Shown here piece by piece: positions 1-12,788 of a stretch of 64,000 nt of DNA. This DNA comes from Tubulanus polymorphus (taxonomy: Eukaryota; Animalia; Nemertea): positions 24,796,345 through 24,860,344 of the forward strand of contig NC_134028.1 of assembly GCF_964204645.1 (NCBI RefSeq). The letters run 5' to 3'. The position numbers and the translations under genes are program-made. A model generated the notes under the pieces. That model saw only the letters and a list, made by a program, of their open reading frames with translations, was not told the DNA's origin and ran no database searches. The stretch's first letter is position 1, and each line of letters starts with the position of its first letter.

Positions 1-3000
1 GTACTGCCAATCTTCGGTGAATGCGCGCTGATCAGCAGGATTCTGACTTCTCATAGTAGCTCTTACCACTCTATCGAGATTGTCGTATTCGAATGTTTCG
101 ATGGTTTTTCTCTCGCTGATGAGATCCTTCCTGCTCAGCATATTACCGTCTGTATTATAACCATACTGCCAGTGACGTAAGGTCCGCTTCGATTTGTCCG
201 TACTACGTATATGGGTCACGTGATTCATCAAGTCGTATTGATACTCGGTTAGTATCCCATTCCCAGACGTTTCCTTCGTTACCTGGCCAAACTGATCGTA
301 GTTCAAACCAGTCCAGTAGTTATCAGTAAGAGGACCACTACAAGCCGACTTGCGCACGGCAATCAAATATCCAGTTGGCGAATAGCAGTAATGCACAGTC
401 TTTCCACCAGGGTATATTTGTTGTGTAATTTGGCTCTGCCTGTTATATGATGTTTTCACTTCCAATACCTTAGTTCCAATTGTTGTATTGACGATAAATT
501 CTCTGCCAACTGAATCATAATTATACTCCCTCGTGAAACCACCAGGCGCGGTTACCTTTGCCACCTTGCCCTTACCACGGGGCTTTGTATCATAAAACCA
601 AAGCGTATCGCCTTCTGGTTCATTCCTCTTGACGATCCTTCCGAGTTCATCAAAGTATTCTAGTTTCTCTTGCCCTTTAGCGTCGGTTTGTCGAACCAGT
701 TCGCCAAACGCATTGTATCCATATTTCCATGTTCCCATATCAGGGTCAGTCATTTGTATTTTATTTCCAACCTTGTCATAAATGAATTCGTCAGCATTAC
801 CAGCAGGATCTGTTATCTTTTTTAAATTGCCCACAGCATCGTACTGATAATTAAGTTCACCGCCATTAGCATCAATAACCTTAATCATTCTATCCATTAC
901 ATCTCGCTGAGTAGTTGTTTTATGTCCTTTTCCATCGAACGATTCCGTTATCAATCCTTTAAACACTTTTCTCGTCACGTGTCTCAAATTGCTGTCCATC
1001 GGCCGATCGACCTTCACTTCGCGACCAATGACGTCGTAAGTGTACTGCACCCAGGATCGTCTACAAGTTGATTCACAAGGTAGTGACTGTTTTGCTACAA
1101 GTCCCAGTCCACTGTATGTGATATCTTCATAAATATCTTTACCGTTAAAATCTTTCGTGTGAATTCGAATCACTCGATCGAGTTTGTCGTAGATTCTGCT
1201 TTCAGATGGTTTTCCAGGTTCAGATGTGGAAACCTTGTAACCAGCATGCGGTATGGTATTATCCCACTGATAGGACCAATTGATTTGCGACCCGTCTGGC
1301 CTCCTCTCTGAAAGCTTCCTTCCGAAATCGTCGTAGGTCCAACTCGTTTTTAAACCATTAGCACCGACCATAGCGATTGTGTTGCCTAATCTATCGTACT
1401 GATACGTTTCCGTGTGACCGAGGCTATTTGTAGCGCTCACTTTACGGACACCATTTGAATCATAGGCTGTCGTGACTGAACGAATCTGTTTCGCTTGATT
1501 ACCGTGAGTGAATTTCGGAGTACGAGTTTGCTTTATCATGTTACCGAACTTATCGTAAATATTGTTACTTACTAATGCCAGATTATCATCAGGTTCAATG
1601 ACCATTGATGCGAGGGTTCTCTTAGTGACGTCATACGACCGAATCGTTTGCCGAACGGATATGTTTTCGTGTTGATCTGTATGTGTAACCTTCAGACAAA
1701 GAACCTGCCCGATAAACCAATTCTGCTTATTATTCAAAAACGATCTATTAGTTTCCTGTTTGAACGTGACTCCACCTCCACTAATCGTTCTCGTGATGTT
1801 TCGTGCATTTCCGTATTCATCGATGTTCTTAAACTCTTCCGTTTCCACTTTTATCGGGGCTCCATCGATTTCATTGACCTTCTGTATGATCTTATCCAGA
1901 ACGATCTGAATGTTGTTGGCTCCGGCCTGTGGATTTTGACGATGGCTGAATGTTTGACTTTTTTCCGACACGACTTTACCATTTACGTTAATAGTGCTCT
2001 TCGCCACCGTTCGAGTTAACGGGTAAATAAGGTTGTAAACATCTCTTCGAAGTTCGTTACTTTGAAGCGATTTCGCCTCTACCCACTCGTAGCCCAAGAT
2101 ACCACGACCTTTCATGTTAATGAAGAGTGGTCCATAAGTAAAATCAGTAACATTTTGTCCGCCAATACCATTATCATTAGCGATGCGCTTCACCAGTTGT
2201 TGGGCGTTGTTAAACTGTGCATTTGGATAAGTATTTACTTTCTTTATTGATTTATAAACGGTTTTATCCGCTTGTGTCGTGTACGTGATCGCATCTTTGT
2301 TGCCCAAACTGTCCGTGACACTAGTTAAAAGTTTTACTTCATTCTTATTCAAAGATACGTAAACGCCAGCGTCCACAAATCCGACAATATCCGTTAACCC
2401 ATCCCCATTCACATCGACTAGCATTCTCGGATTTGCTGATACTCGCCAACCACCAGTAGAAGCACCAAACTGCCTCACCCAACGTGAAGGAGTTCCGAAA
2501 GAGCTACCTGTATTCAAGGATATGTATGCGCCGGCGTTTGCGAATCCTACGACATCTGGGAGTCCATCACCGTTCATATCACTCAGATATCGGGGATGAG
2601 ACTCGACCCTCCAACCACCTGCTGTAAAACCGTAATCTTTGATCCATAATTTTGCGGTAAGAAATGATTTACCAGTTCCGATGGATACATAAACTCCAAA
2701 ATTAGCAAAACCAACTATGTCGGCGAGACCATCTCCATTTATATCTGTTACATGTCTCGGATCTGATTTGACTCTCCAGCCGCCTGCGGTGTAACCAAAT
2801 TGCCTCAGCCACACTGATCCAGAAGCGAAGCTACGTCCAGTATTCAGTCCTACGTATACACCGGCATTAGCAAAACCAACAATGTCTGGAAGTCCATCTC
2901 CGTTCACATCTTCGACGAATCTCGGGTGTCTTTCAACTCTCCATCCCCCTCCAGAGTATGAGAAATGAGCGTTCAACCACAGAGCCGGGGTTTTAAATGA

Positions 3001-4497
3001 ACTACCCGTATTCAAAGACACGTAAACCCCACCCGAAGCAAAGCCCACCACATCAATTAATCCGTCACCATTAACATCTTTCATGAATCGGGGATGCATA
3101 TTGATTCTCCAATCTTGGCTATAACCGAAATCGGCCACCCATATGTTTGGGGGAGCAAAGCTTTCTCCAGCCGTATTAAGGGCTACGTAAACCCCGGCAT
3201 TCGCAAAACCTACAATATCGGGAAGGTTATCACCATTTACATCTACTACGAATCTCAGGTGAGATGCCACTGCCCATCCCCCTACACTTCGGCCGAATGA
3301 ACGAACCCAGTATTTTCCAGGGCTAAATTTGTTGTTGCCCGTGTTTAGGGCTACATAAACACCAGCGTTTGCGAAAACGACGATATCAGCCAGACCATCC
3401 CCGTTCACGTCTACGACATGTCGAGGATGATTACCAGTTGACCAGCCTCCACTCGAAGCACCAAACGCATTTATCCAATAGCCCGGTGTTACGGTTTGTT
3501 TTACATCATTTAACCCCTTATATGACATGTCTACTGGTTTTAAGCAATTTCCGCTTCCACTACAAACCTTAACCTTATTCAAAACGCTCATTTTACTCTC
3601 GCCAGACGAACTGTATGTAATGTATATTTTTCGATGCAAATTTCCACCGACTAATGTCTCAATCGTCTTCAATCTCATGCTAATCTTACTCAGAATGTGT
3701 CCGTTGAAATATTCACTTCTCACATCTGGCCGATTTTCGTATCCGAATCGCACCTCCATTCCACCCGAACTGATCTTTGATAAATACGGGTAATCTTTGC
3801 CGGTCAAGTAAGTGAAGTGGATTGAAGCGTCGTTGTAGGCGCTCATTGATGTAACCAGCCATTCGTATGTTCCAGGTTGTGAAACGCCTTTCATCGAGGA
3901 ATCGCCAGTTTTGCCGTAATACGTCTCGCGGTCAGTCGTCTCCACCTTGAAGTAATCGGGTCCAGAAGCTTTCGTTCCGTATGATGTGATTCTACGTAAA
4001 CTGTCAACTTCTGTATAATAGGTGGCGCCATTTGACCCATACGACCCGGATGCGCTAACCAAACGAGCGCCATCTAGACAAAACCGATCAGAGGAAGTAT
4101 ACGACAATCCTAACACGCGGCCATCTTGGGCAACAGTTTGGCGGCATCTGAAGACGAGAAAACACATCTTTATGATTATAAAATTCTTTGAAATACTTTC
4201 AAATCATTCATAAGACCTCGACACATTTCCTCACCTAACTATTGAGCCGGGAACATCGATGTTCCAGCCCAAACCGACAGCGCCATTTCCGCGACTACTG
4301 TGGTATGAAAGAACTAGTTCCGGCATCAGACCATAGCCGAACCCATCCGGCAGCGGTATGGGTATTTTGTAAGCCACATTACCTTGTTGGACGTTTAGTT
4401 GTGTAGGAACATTGCCTACGACCTCTGCAGCGTCACCCGTCGATGGTAAGCTGGTGACGAGGAGGCCAAAAAATGTGTAAAACACACTTCGCAACAT
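1..4497 (-). CDS. Secreted Rhs/YD-repeat toxin-like protein, copy 1; 3' part lies beyond the window edge. Exons 4497-4235 and 4147-<1
   Basis: Colinear with copy 2 at a constant 8291-bp offset. ATG at 4497, GTGAG donor at 4234, TTCAG acceptor before 4147. No stop-terminated ORF is listed for exon 2, which fits a frame open to the edge. Encodes signal peptide, SpvB-like domain, 7 PVL-type repeats (~3490-2341) and YD repeats. Confidence 0.88.
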
Positions 4498-4640
4498 CTC
4501 ACCTACAATGAAAATTAACAGAGCTGAATATTTGTTGACACTGATTTAGAACAGTTCACTTTATAAAGATATATAAATACGTATTAATATTCGCTCTCTA
4601 TTTATCTATCGATAATTTAGTGGTGCAGCCCATTTAATTC

Positions 4641-4745
4641 CTGGGCCCTGTTTCACAAAAAGGTTTATCTCTTAAATCGATTTAATTAATTCAGTTTATC
4701 TTAAATCGATTTAGGCCTTAATCCTTTTTGTGAAACTGGGCCCAG
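4641..4745. mobile_element. Short palindromic MITE-like element (GGGCCC/GGTCCAGTT-ended family)
   Basis: Inverted ends ctgggccctgtttcacaaaaagg ... cctttttgtgaaactgggcccag. Similar hairpin elements at ~19200-19332, ~32124-32310, ~36835-36925 and ~54384-54497. Confidence 0.6.
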
Positions 4746-6737
4746 CTGGTCTGATATAGTTATCATATTTACAAATATTTCTTCTTCGATCCAATATATA
4801 TTGGAACTAAGCATAGATATAAGCATTTAGATAACATACAACTAAGTCTCGATAACAATAGATTACTTATTTCTCAAGTGTCTATCGGATAATTCTTCAA
4901 GATATAAAAGTTGTCCAATATCCCGGACACGGGAGTTAAAAATATGTGCCCGATTGGAAACTAGATAAGTTACAATGTACGTGAAAAACATTAGCCTCAG
5001 CACAAAAGCTACCGATGCGACTTGTACGACATACATTTTTCGTAGTAATTGCATTGTACGACATACATTTTTCGTAGTAATTGCATCATTTCGAGTGCAT
5101 TTTTTTAAAACAATTCTCTTCCCCGAGCGGTCCCTACATGCTGCTTTCAGCCACCGCGCTTTAAGCCAATGTTTGCCTTACTTTCTAGCGTTTACATATT
5201 GAATAGATATATTAGATTTCAACAGCATCTTCTACGCCTCAGAAAAGATGTGACCGTGGAATTTCCTTTACAACTAAAAATCTTTAAAGATTTTGGATAT
5301 TTGGAAAAGGTGAAATTTTCCTCCACAGCTACTAACTATAGTTACTGATATACACTCTGTAAACGCAATGCTGCGTGCAACGAAAATAAACAGGAAAATG
5401 ACGACGGTTCATAAACTCTAGAAATTAATTCTAACCAGACATAAATTCCATACAATGAACTTAGAAATCGGAATATTTCTCAAACCAAAACTAACATCGT
5501 ATCAAAACCTTATTGTTAACGATGTGTTTTAATCTTGGTGTAATGAGTGTGTTTTTTCGGAAAATCGAATAATCATGTTTCAGTCCTACCATTTTTCCTA
5601 GTCGGTAAATTGATGGATTGATGAAGTCCAGTTGTTGAAAATATACATATGATATAGGTGATGTATATAATTTGTTCATAACATACCTTGCACCAATGCC
5701 ATTAAATTGTGGAATGGGACTTTGTCTGCGCGCACTTAAGCGTCATAATTGAAATCCAAGACTCCTTTCAGCGAAAAATAATATTGGAAGACTAGACAAA
5801 CAATCGTTGAATGCACTCGTAGATAGAGAATAAACTTTTAGATATTTTCGCAATGAAATTGAAAAACTACTAAAACTACATTCGTGTATAGATTTAGGAT
5901 AGAAACAAAACATGTAAAACTATTTTTTGAACACAAGACAAATGATCAACGAACGCACACAAAATAGACTAAAATATATTTTTTGATTGAAATTGATGAA
6001 GACTAAACAAATCATTCGTGTATAGATTTTAAGACACGTGGAGCACTCGTAATTGATTCACTCTGCCAATCATTTCTAACTCGTATTAGAGGATTACTCA
6101 TGAATGATTATTACCAAAGAAAAAAACGAAAATACAACCCATTTCTTCCTTTCATATTTTGAATTTATTAACGGTTTGAAATGAAATCTCTTAATTTTGA
6201 CAAAAAAGGAAACATATAAATGAATACATATTAGACCGATGCATTTCCAAATAACGATGAAAACTGATCATATGGAAAATACTATAAATGAACTACTTTA
6301 CTGCACGGGTTGACAAGAAGAAAAGTGATAAAGCTATTTTTCTAAATACAGTTTCGTGACATTTAATCACTTATACAATTATAAGTTCGTACTATCTAAA
6401 ACAAGCAGTGACTGCGGTGTAGCAAAATATAGCTCGACAGTAGACCGAATACCAAGGGAACATTGAGACATACGTTCACGGACATGTACTAGGAATCCAT
6501 TTGAAAAAAAGTATTTACACGCTGAAAATTGCTACTGATCAATTCACAGGATCCCGTTCTATAGATTTGAGTATAGTTTTTAGAAATCGAAAGTTATCAA
6601 TTCCAAACCTCAACCGAGGACCCGGGTCCAGTACACTTCCCCCTACTGGAAAAATCAAATGAAATTATTTATCTCGACGATTTTCTATAAAATATCGGTA
6701 AACTGGGAAACTTGATTAATGCCGATTGTGAAAGATT

Positions 6738-9700
6738 CTATTGGACACGTTTCGAGCGCTTCTGGTCAACGATCAGAGCGGCTGATGCCGGACCGTCTAA
6801 AAGAGCAGTATACGTCATCGCAGCCGCTGGTAACATACCTGGAACATTGAATACATCGCGGGCAAACGGTAACGACACCTGGTCTAATCTAACCTGGAAA
6901 ACATCGTGCATGCCGGCTACAGCGTTTATACCCGGAACACGATTGGCAACAACACTTAATCTTCCACCCTCATTAAACCAACCTGACGGATCGAGAGTTT
7001 CCTCTGCCGTTCCGAAATTATTTGCACCCTTAACAGGCATGTCCCAAGGTTCTTTCGTAACTGCTTTACCACCCGGCTTCCAAGTGACGTCGTACTTGAC
7101 AATCTTATTATACGCGTATCTCATCGACGACGTGACCAAACCGAGAACCAGGCCATCTTTAAACCGACCACCCGTTAATTCGCTAGCCGCCCCGGCCCCG
7201 ACCCCTTGGGCTGCGACGCGTTCTAGATTCCAAGAATTTCCAAAATAGCCCCCGACACCTCCAGTTATAGCACCACCAAGGGCACCCTGCAGGCCTCCTT
7301 TTACTGACCCAGTTGCTATAGTACCCCCGACAAATCCAGCCGTCGCACCAGCTATCGCACCAGTTGCAACAGCAGCCGATGCACCAGTTAAACCGGCCGA
7401 AACGGCGAGACCGGCTGCCCAAGGAGTAGCTGCCCCAAACGTTACTGCAGAGGCCACCACGGCAATGATTACTCTTGGTGTGAAGACCTTCTTGAAGAAT
7501 CTGCCAATTTTCTTGAAGAAAAATCCCGATGGATCGTTGTATCGTAGAGGGTTATTTTTAGCGTACGAGTAACGGTTAAAACTCTGCGTATCGTACGGAT
7601 CCTGTACGTGTGGATCAGGACTCAAGAATCGCCCGACCTCCGGGTCGTAGACACGACCGTTCATATGGATTAATTGCAGCTCATCGATTCGTTCCTGTCC
7701 AGTAAAATCTCGTTTAATACCAGAGAACGAAGCGGCTGAATAGGAAACAGAAGAACGCTCGAAAGCCCAATCTTTGAAGGGTTGAGGTTTTCCAAACACG
7801 TTATAACGTTTTCTCAATAGTACCTGCCCGCTCTCACCAGTAATCGTATCAACTGATCCAACATGGTCGAGATGAACGTATCTCATATTTGTGTTGGAAT
7901 TTATAACCGTCTCGATTCCCACTAGTTTATTATTGGCATAGACAAAATACTTGTGTTCATCGCCCTGGTCGTTTTCAGTAACTTCGTACACCTTTCCGAG
8001 GTAGTATGTCTTCTTTTCATTTTCGGTATGGTGGTCAAATGTACTTTTAACGTATCGACTACGATCCGGATCGTATTTGAAATTGACGACCTGGCTACTC
8101 GTTTCAAACTTTTCTGGCATGTTGAAAGAAGTCCATCCAACTGTCTGCATATTCTTGCGTATTACGTTCCCATTGTCGTCGTAAGCGTAAGAATTATGCC
8201 CAGCTTGGACGAGAGCCCTGGGCTTCTGCGAATGGTACACGTGATGTGGGCCGCCCATTCCGCTGAATCTACGAATATTACCGATTGCATCGTACTGCCA
8301 ATCTTCGGTGAATGCGCGCTGATCAGCAGGATTCTGACTTCTCATAGTAGCTCTTACCACTCTATCGAGATTGTCGTATTCGAATGTTTCGATGGTTTTT
8401 CTCTCGCTGATGAGATCCTTCCTGCTCAGCATATTACCGTCTGTATTATAACCATACTGCCAGTGACGTAAGGTCCGCTTCGATTTGTCCGTACTACGTA
8501 TATGGGTCACGTGATTCATCAAGTCGTATTGATACTCGGTTAGTATCCCATTCCCAGAGGTTTCCTTCGTTACCTGGCCAAACTGATCGTAGTTCAAACC
8601 AGTCCAGTAGTTATCAGTAAGAGGACCACTACAAGCCGACTTGCGCACGGCAATCAAATATCCAGTTGGCGAATAGCAGTAATGCACAGTCTTTCCACCA
8701 GGGTACGTTTGTTGTGTAATTTGGCTCTGCCTGTTATACGATGTTTTCACTTCCAATACCTTACTTCCAATTGTTGTATTGACGATAAATTCTCTGCCAA
8801 CTGAATCATAATTATACTCCCTCGTGAAACCACCAGGCGCGGTTACCTTTGCCACCTTGCCCTTACCACGAGGCTTTGTATCATAAAACCAAAGCGTATC
8901 ACCTTCTGGTTCATTCCTTTTGACGATCCTTCCGAGTTCATCAAAGTATTCTAGTTTCTCTTGCCCTTTAGCGTCGGTTTGTCGAACCAGTTCACCAAAC
9001 GCATTGTATCCATATTTCCATGTTCCCATATCAGGGTCAGTCATTTGTATTTTATTTCCAACCTTGTCATAAATGAATTCGTCAGCATTACCCGCAGGAT
9101 CTGTTATCTTTTTTAAATTGCCCACAGCATCGTACTGATAATTAAGTTCACCGCCATTAGCATCAATAACCTTAATCATTCTATCCATTACATCTCGCTG
9201 AGTAGTTGTTTTATGTCCTTTTCCATCGAACGATTCCGTTATCAATCCTTTAAACACTTTTCTCGTCACGTGTCTCAAATTGCTGTCCATCGGCCGATCG
9301 ACCTTCACTTCGCGACCAATGACGTCATAAGTGTACTGCACCCAGGATGGCCTACAAGTTGATTTATAAGGCAACGACTGTTTTGCTACATGTCCCAGTC
9401 CGCTATAGGTGATATCTTCATAAACATCTTTACCGTTAAAATCTTTCGTGTGAATTCGAATCACTCGATCGAGTTTGTCGTAGATTCTTCTTCCAGATGG
9501 TTTTCCAGGTTCAGATGTGGAAACCTTGTAACCAGCATGCGGTATGGTATTATCCCACTGATAGGACCAATTGATTTGCGACCCATCTGGCCTCCTCTCT
9601 GAAAGCTTCCTTCCGAAATCGTCGTAGGTCCAACTCGTTTTTAAACCATTAGCACCGACCATAGCGATTGTGTTGCCTAATCTATCGTACTGATACGTTT

Positions 9701-12700
9701 CCGTGTGACCGAGGCTATTTGTAGTGCTCACTTTACGGACACCATTTGAATCATAGGCTGTCGTGACTGAACGAATCTGTTTCGCTTGATTACCGTGAGT
9801 GAATTTCGGAGTACGAGTTTGCTTTATCATGTTACCGAACTTATCGTAAATATTGTTGGTTACTAATGCCAGATTATCATCAGGTTCAATGACCATTGAT
9901 GCGATGGTTCTCTTAGTGACGTCATACGACCGCATCGTTTGTCGTACGGCTTTCTTGCCGTGTTGATCTGTATGCGTAACCTTCAGACAAAGAACCTGCC
10001 CGATAAACCACTTCTGCTTATTATTCAAAAACGATCTATTAGTTTCCTGTTTGAACGTGACTCCGCCTCCACTAATCGTTCTCGTGATGTCTCGTGCATT
10101 TCCGTATTCATCGATGTTCTTAAACTCTTCCGTTTCCACTTTTATCGGGGTTCCATCGATTTCATTGACCTTCTGTATGATCTTATCAAGAACGATCTGA
10201 ATGTTGTTGGCTCCGGCCTGTGGATTTTGACGATGGCTGAATGTTTGACTTTTTTCCGACACGACTTTACCATTTACGTTAATAGTGCTCTTCGCCACCG
10301 TTCGAGTTAACGGGTAAATAAGGTTGTAAACATCTCTTCGAACTTCGTTACTTTGAGGCAATTTCGCCTCTACCCACTCGTAGCCCAAGATACCACGACC
10401 TTTCATGTTAATGAAGAGTGGTCCATAAGTAAAATCAGTAACATTTTGTCCGCCAATACCATTATCATTATCGATGCGCTTCACCAGTTGTTGGGCGTTG
10501 TTAAACTGTGCATTTGGATAAGTATTTACTTTCTTTGTAGATTTATAGACGGTTTTATCCGCTTGTGTCGTGTACGTGATCGTATCTTTGTTGCCTAAAC
10601 TGTCCGTGACACCGGTTAAAACTTTTACTTCATTCTTATTCAAAGATATGTAAACGCCAGAGTTCGCAAATCCGACAATATCCGTTAACCCATCCCCATT
10701 CACATCGACTAGCATTCTCGGATGTGCTGATACTCGCCAACCACCAGTAGAAGCACCATACTGACTCACCCAATAGGAAGGCGTTCCGAAAGAGCTACCT
10801 GTATTCAAGGATATGTATGCGCCAGCGTTTGCGAATCCTACGACATCTGGGAGTCCATCACCGTTCATATCACTCAGATATCGGGGATGAGACTCGACCC
10901 TCCAACCACCTGCTGAATAACCGTAATCTTTGACCCATAATTTTGCGGTAAGAAATGATTTACCAGTTCCGATAGATACATAAACTCCAGCATTAGCAAA
11001 ACCAACTATGTCGGCGAGACCATCTCCATTTATATCAGTTACATATCTCGGATGAGATCGGACTCCCCAGCCGCCTGCAGTGTAACCAAATTGCCTCAGC
11101 CACAGCGATCCAGAAGCGAAGCTACGTCCAGTATTCAGTCCTACGTATACACCGGCATTAGCAAAACCAACAATGTCTGGAAGTCCATCTCCGTTCACAT
11201 CTTCGACGAATCTAGGGTGTCTTTCAACTCTCCATCCCCCTCCAGAGTATGAGAACTGGCCGTTCAACCACAGAGCCGGGGTTTTAAATGAACTACCCGT
11301 ATTCAAAGACACGTAAACCCCACCCGAACCAAAGCCCACCACATCAATTAATCCGTCACCATTAACATCTTTCATGAATCGGGGATGCATATTGATTCTC
11401 CAACCTTGGCTATAACCGAAATCGGCCACCCATAATTTTGGGGAAGCAAAGCTTTCTCCAGCCGTATTAAGGGCTACGTAAACCCCGGCATTCGCAAAAC
11501 CTACAATATCGGGAAGGTTATCACCATTTACATCTACTACGAATCTCGGGTGAGATGCTACCCTCCATCCCCCTGCACTTTGGCCGAATGAACGAACCCA
11601 GTATTTTCCAGGGCTAAATTTGTTGTTGCCCGTGTTTAGGGCTACATAAACACCAGCGTTTGCGAAACCGACTATATCAGCCAGACCATCCCCGTTCACG
11701 TCTACGACATGTCGAGGATGATTACCAGTTGACCAGCCTCCACTCGAAGCACCAAACGCATTTATCCAATAGCCCGGTGTCGTGGTTTGTTTTACATCAT
11801 TTAACCCTTTATATGACATTTCTACTGGTTTTAAGCAATTTCCGCTTCCACTACAAACCTTAACCTTATTCAAAACGCTCATTTTACTCTCGCCAGACGA
11901 ACTGTATGTAATGTATATTTTTCGGTGTAAATTTCCACCGACTAATGTCTCAATCGTCTTCAATCTCATGCTAATTTTTCTCAGAATGTGTCCGTTGAAA
12001 TATTCACTTCTCACATCTGGCCGATTTTCGTATCCGAATCGCACCTCCATTCCACCCGAACTGATCTTTGATAAATACGGGTAATCTTTGCCGGTCAAGT
12101 AAGTGAAGTGGATTGAAGCGTCGTTGTAGGCGCTCATTGATGTAACCAGCCATTCGTATGTTCCAGGTTGTGAAACGCCTTTCATCGAGGAATCGCCAGT
12201 TTTGCCGTAATACGTTTCGCGGTCAGTCGTCTCCACCTTGAAATAATCGGGTCCAGAAGCTTTCGTTCCGTATGATGTGATTCTACGTAAACTGTCAACT
12301 TCTGTATAATAGGTGGCGCCATTTGACCCATACGACCCGGATGCGCTAACCAAACGAGCGCCATCTAGACAAAACCGATCAGAGGAAGTATACGACACTC
12401 CTAACACGCGGCCATCTTGGGCAACAGTTTGGCGGCATCTGAAGACGAGAAAACACATCTTTATGATTATAAAATTCTCTTAAATACTTTCAAATCATTC
12501 ATAAGACCTCGACACTTTTCCTCACCTTACTATTGAGCCGGGAACATCGATGTTCCAGCCCAAACCGACAGCGCCATTTCCGCGACTACTGTCGTACGAA
12601 AGAACTAGTTCCGGCATCAGACCATAGCCGAACCCATCCGGCAGCGGTATGGGTATTTTGTAAGCCGCATTACCTTGTTGGACGTTTAGTTGTGTAGGAA

Positions 12701-12788
12701 CATTGCCTACGACCTCTGCAGCGTCACCCGTCGATGGTAAGCTGGTGACGACGAGGCCAAAAAATGTGTAAAACACACTTCGCAGCAT
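6738..12788 (-). CDS. Secreted Rhs/YD-repeat (TcB-TcC-like) toxin-like protein with PVL-type lectin propeller, copy 2. Exons 12788-12526 and 12438-6738; ~1987 aa
   Basis: 1906-aa ORF plus an 88-aa upstream exon, joined in frame by an 87-nt GT-AG intron (AG|GTGAG ... TTCAG|A) to give GWNIDVPGSIVR-CRQTVAQDG. Contains seven GGW..HPR..DVNGDG..DIVGFANAGVYV repeats, many YD repeats, and the Rhs core FTGQE..MNGRVYDP..GRFLSPDP..NRYSY..NNPLRYNDPSG. An AATAAA lies on the minus strand at ~6164-6169. Confidence 0.92.

Noticed and set aside
1648-12364. Many short ORFs overlapping the toxin genes (e.g. 1648-2019, 6712-7248, 7953-8471, 9939-10310)
   Set aside because: They are antisense or alternate-frame shadows of the long CDS, and appear twice only because the gene is duplicated.
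12439-12458. ORF-track start MCFLVFR for the 1906-aa protein
   Set aside because: It lies in the intron's polypyrimidine tract. The real N-terminus is the upstream signal-peptide exon.
6738-12788. Teneurin, integrin alpha, or bacterial contamination
   Set aside because: There are no EGF repeats, transmembrane anchor or integrin leg domains. Spliceosomal introns, shared MITE families and contiguity with animal genes argue against contamination.
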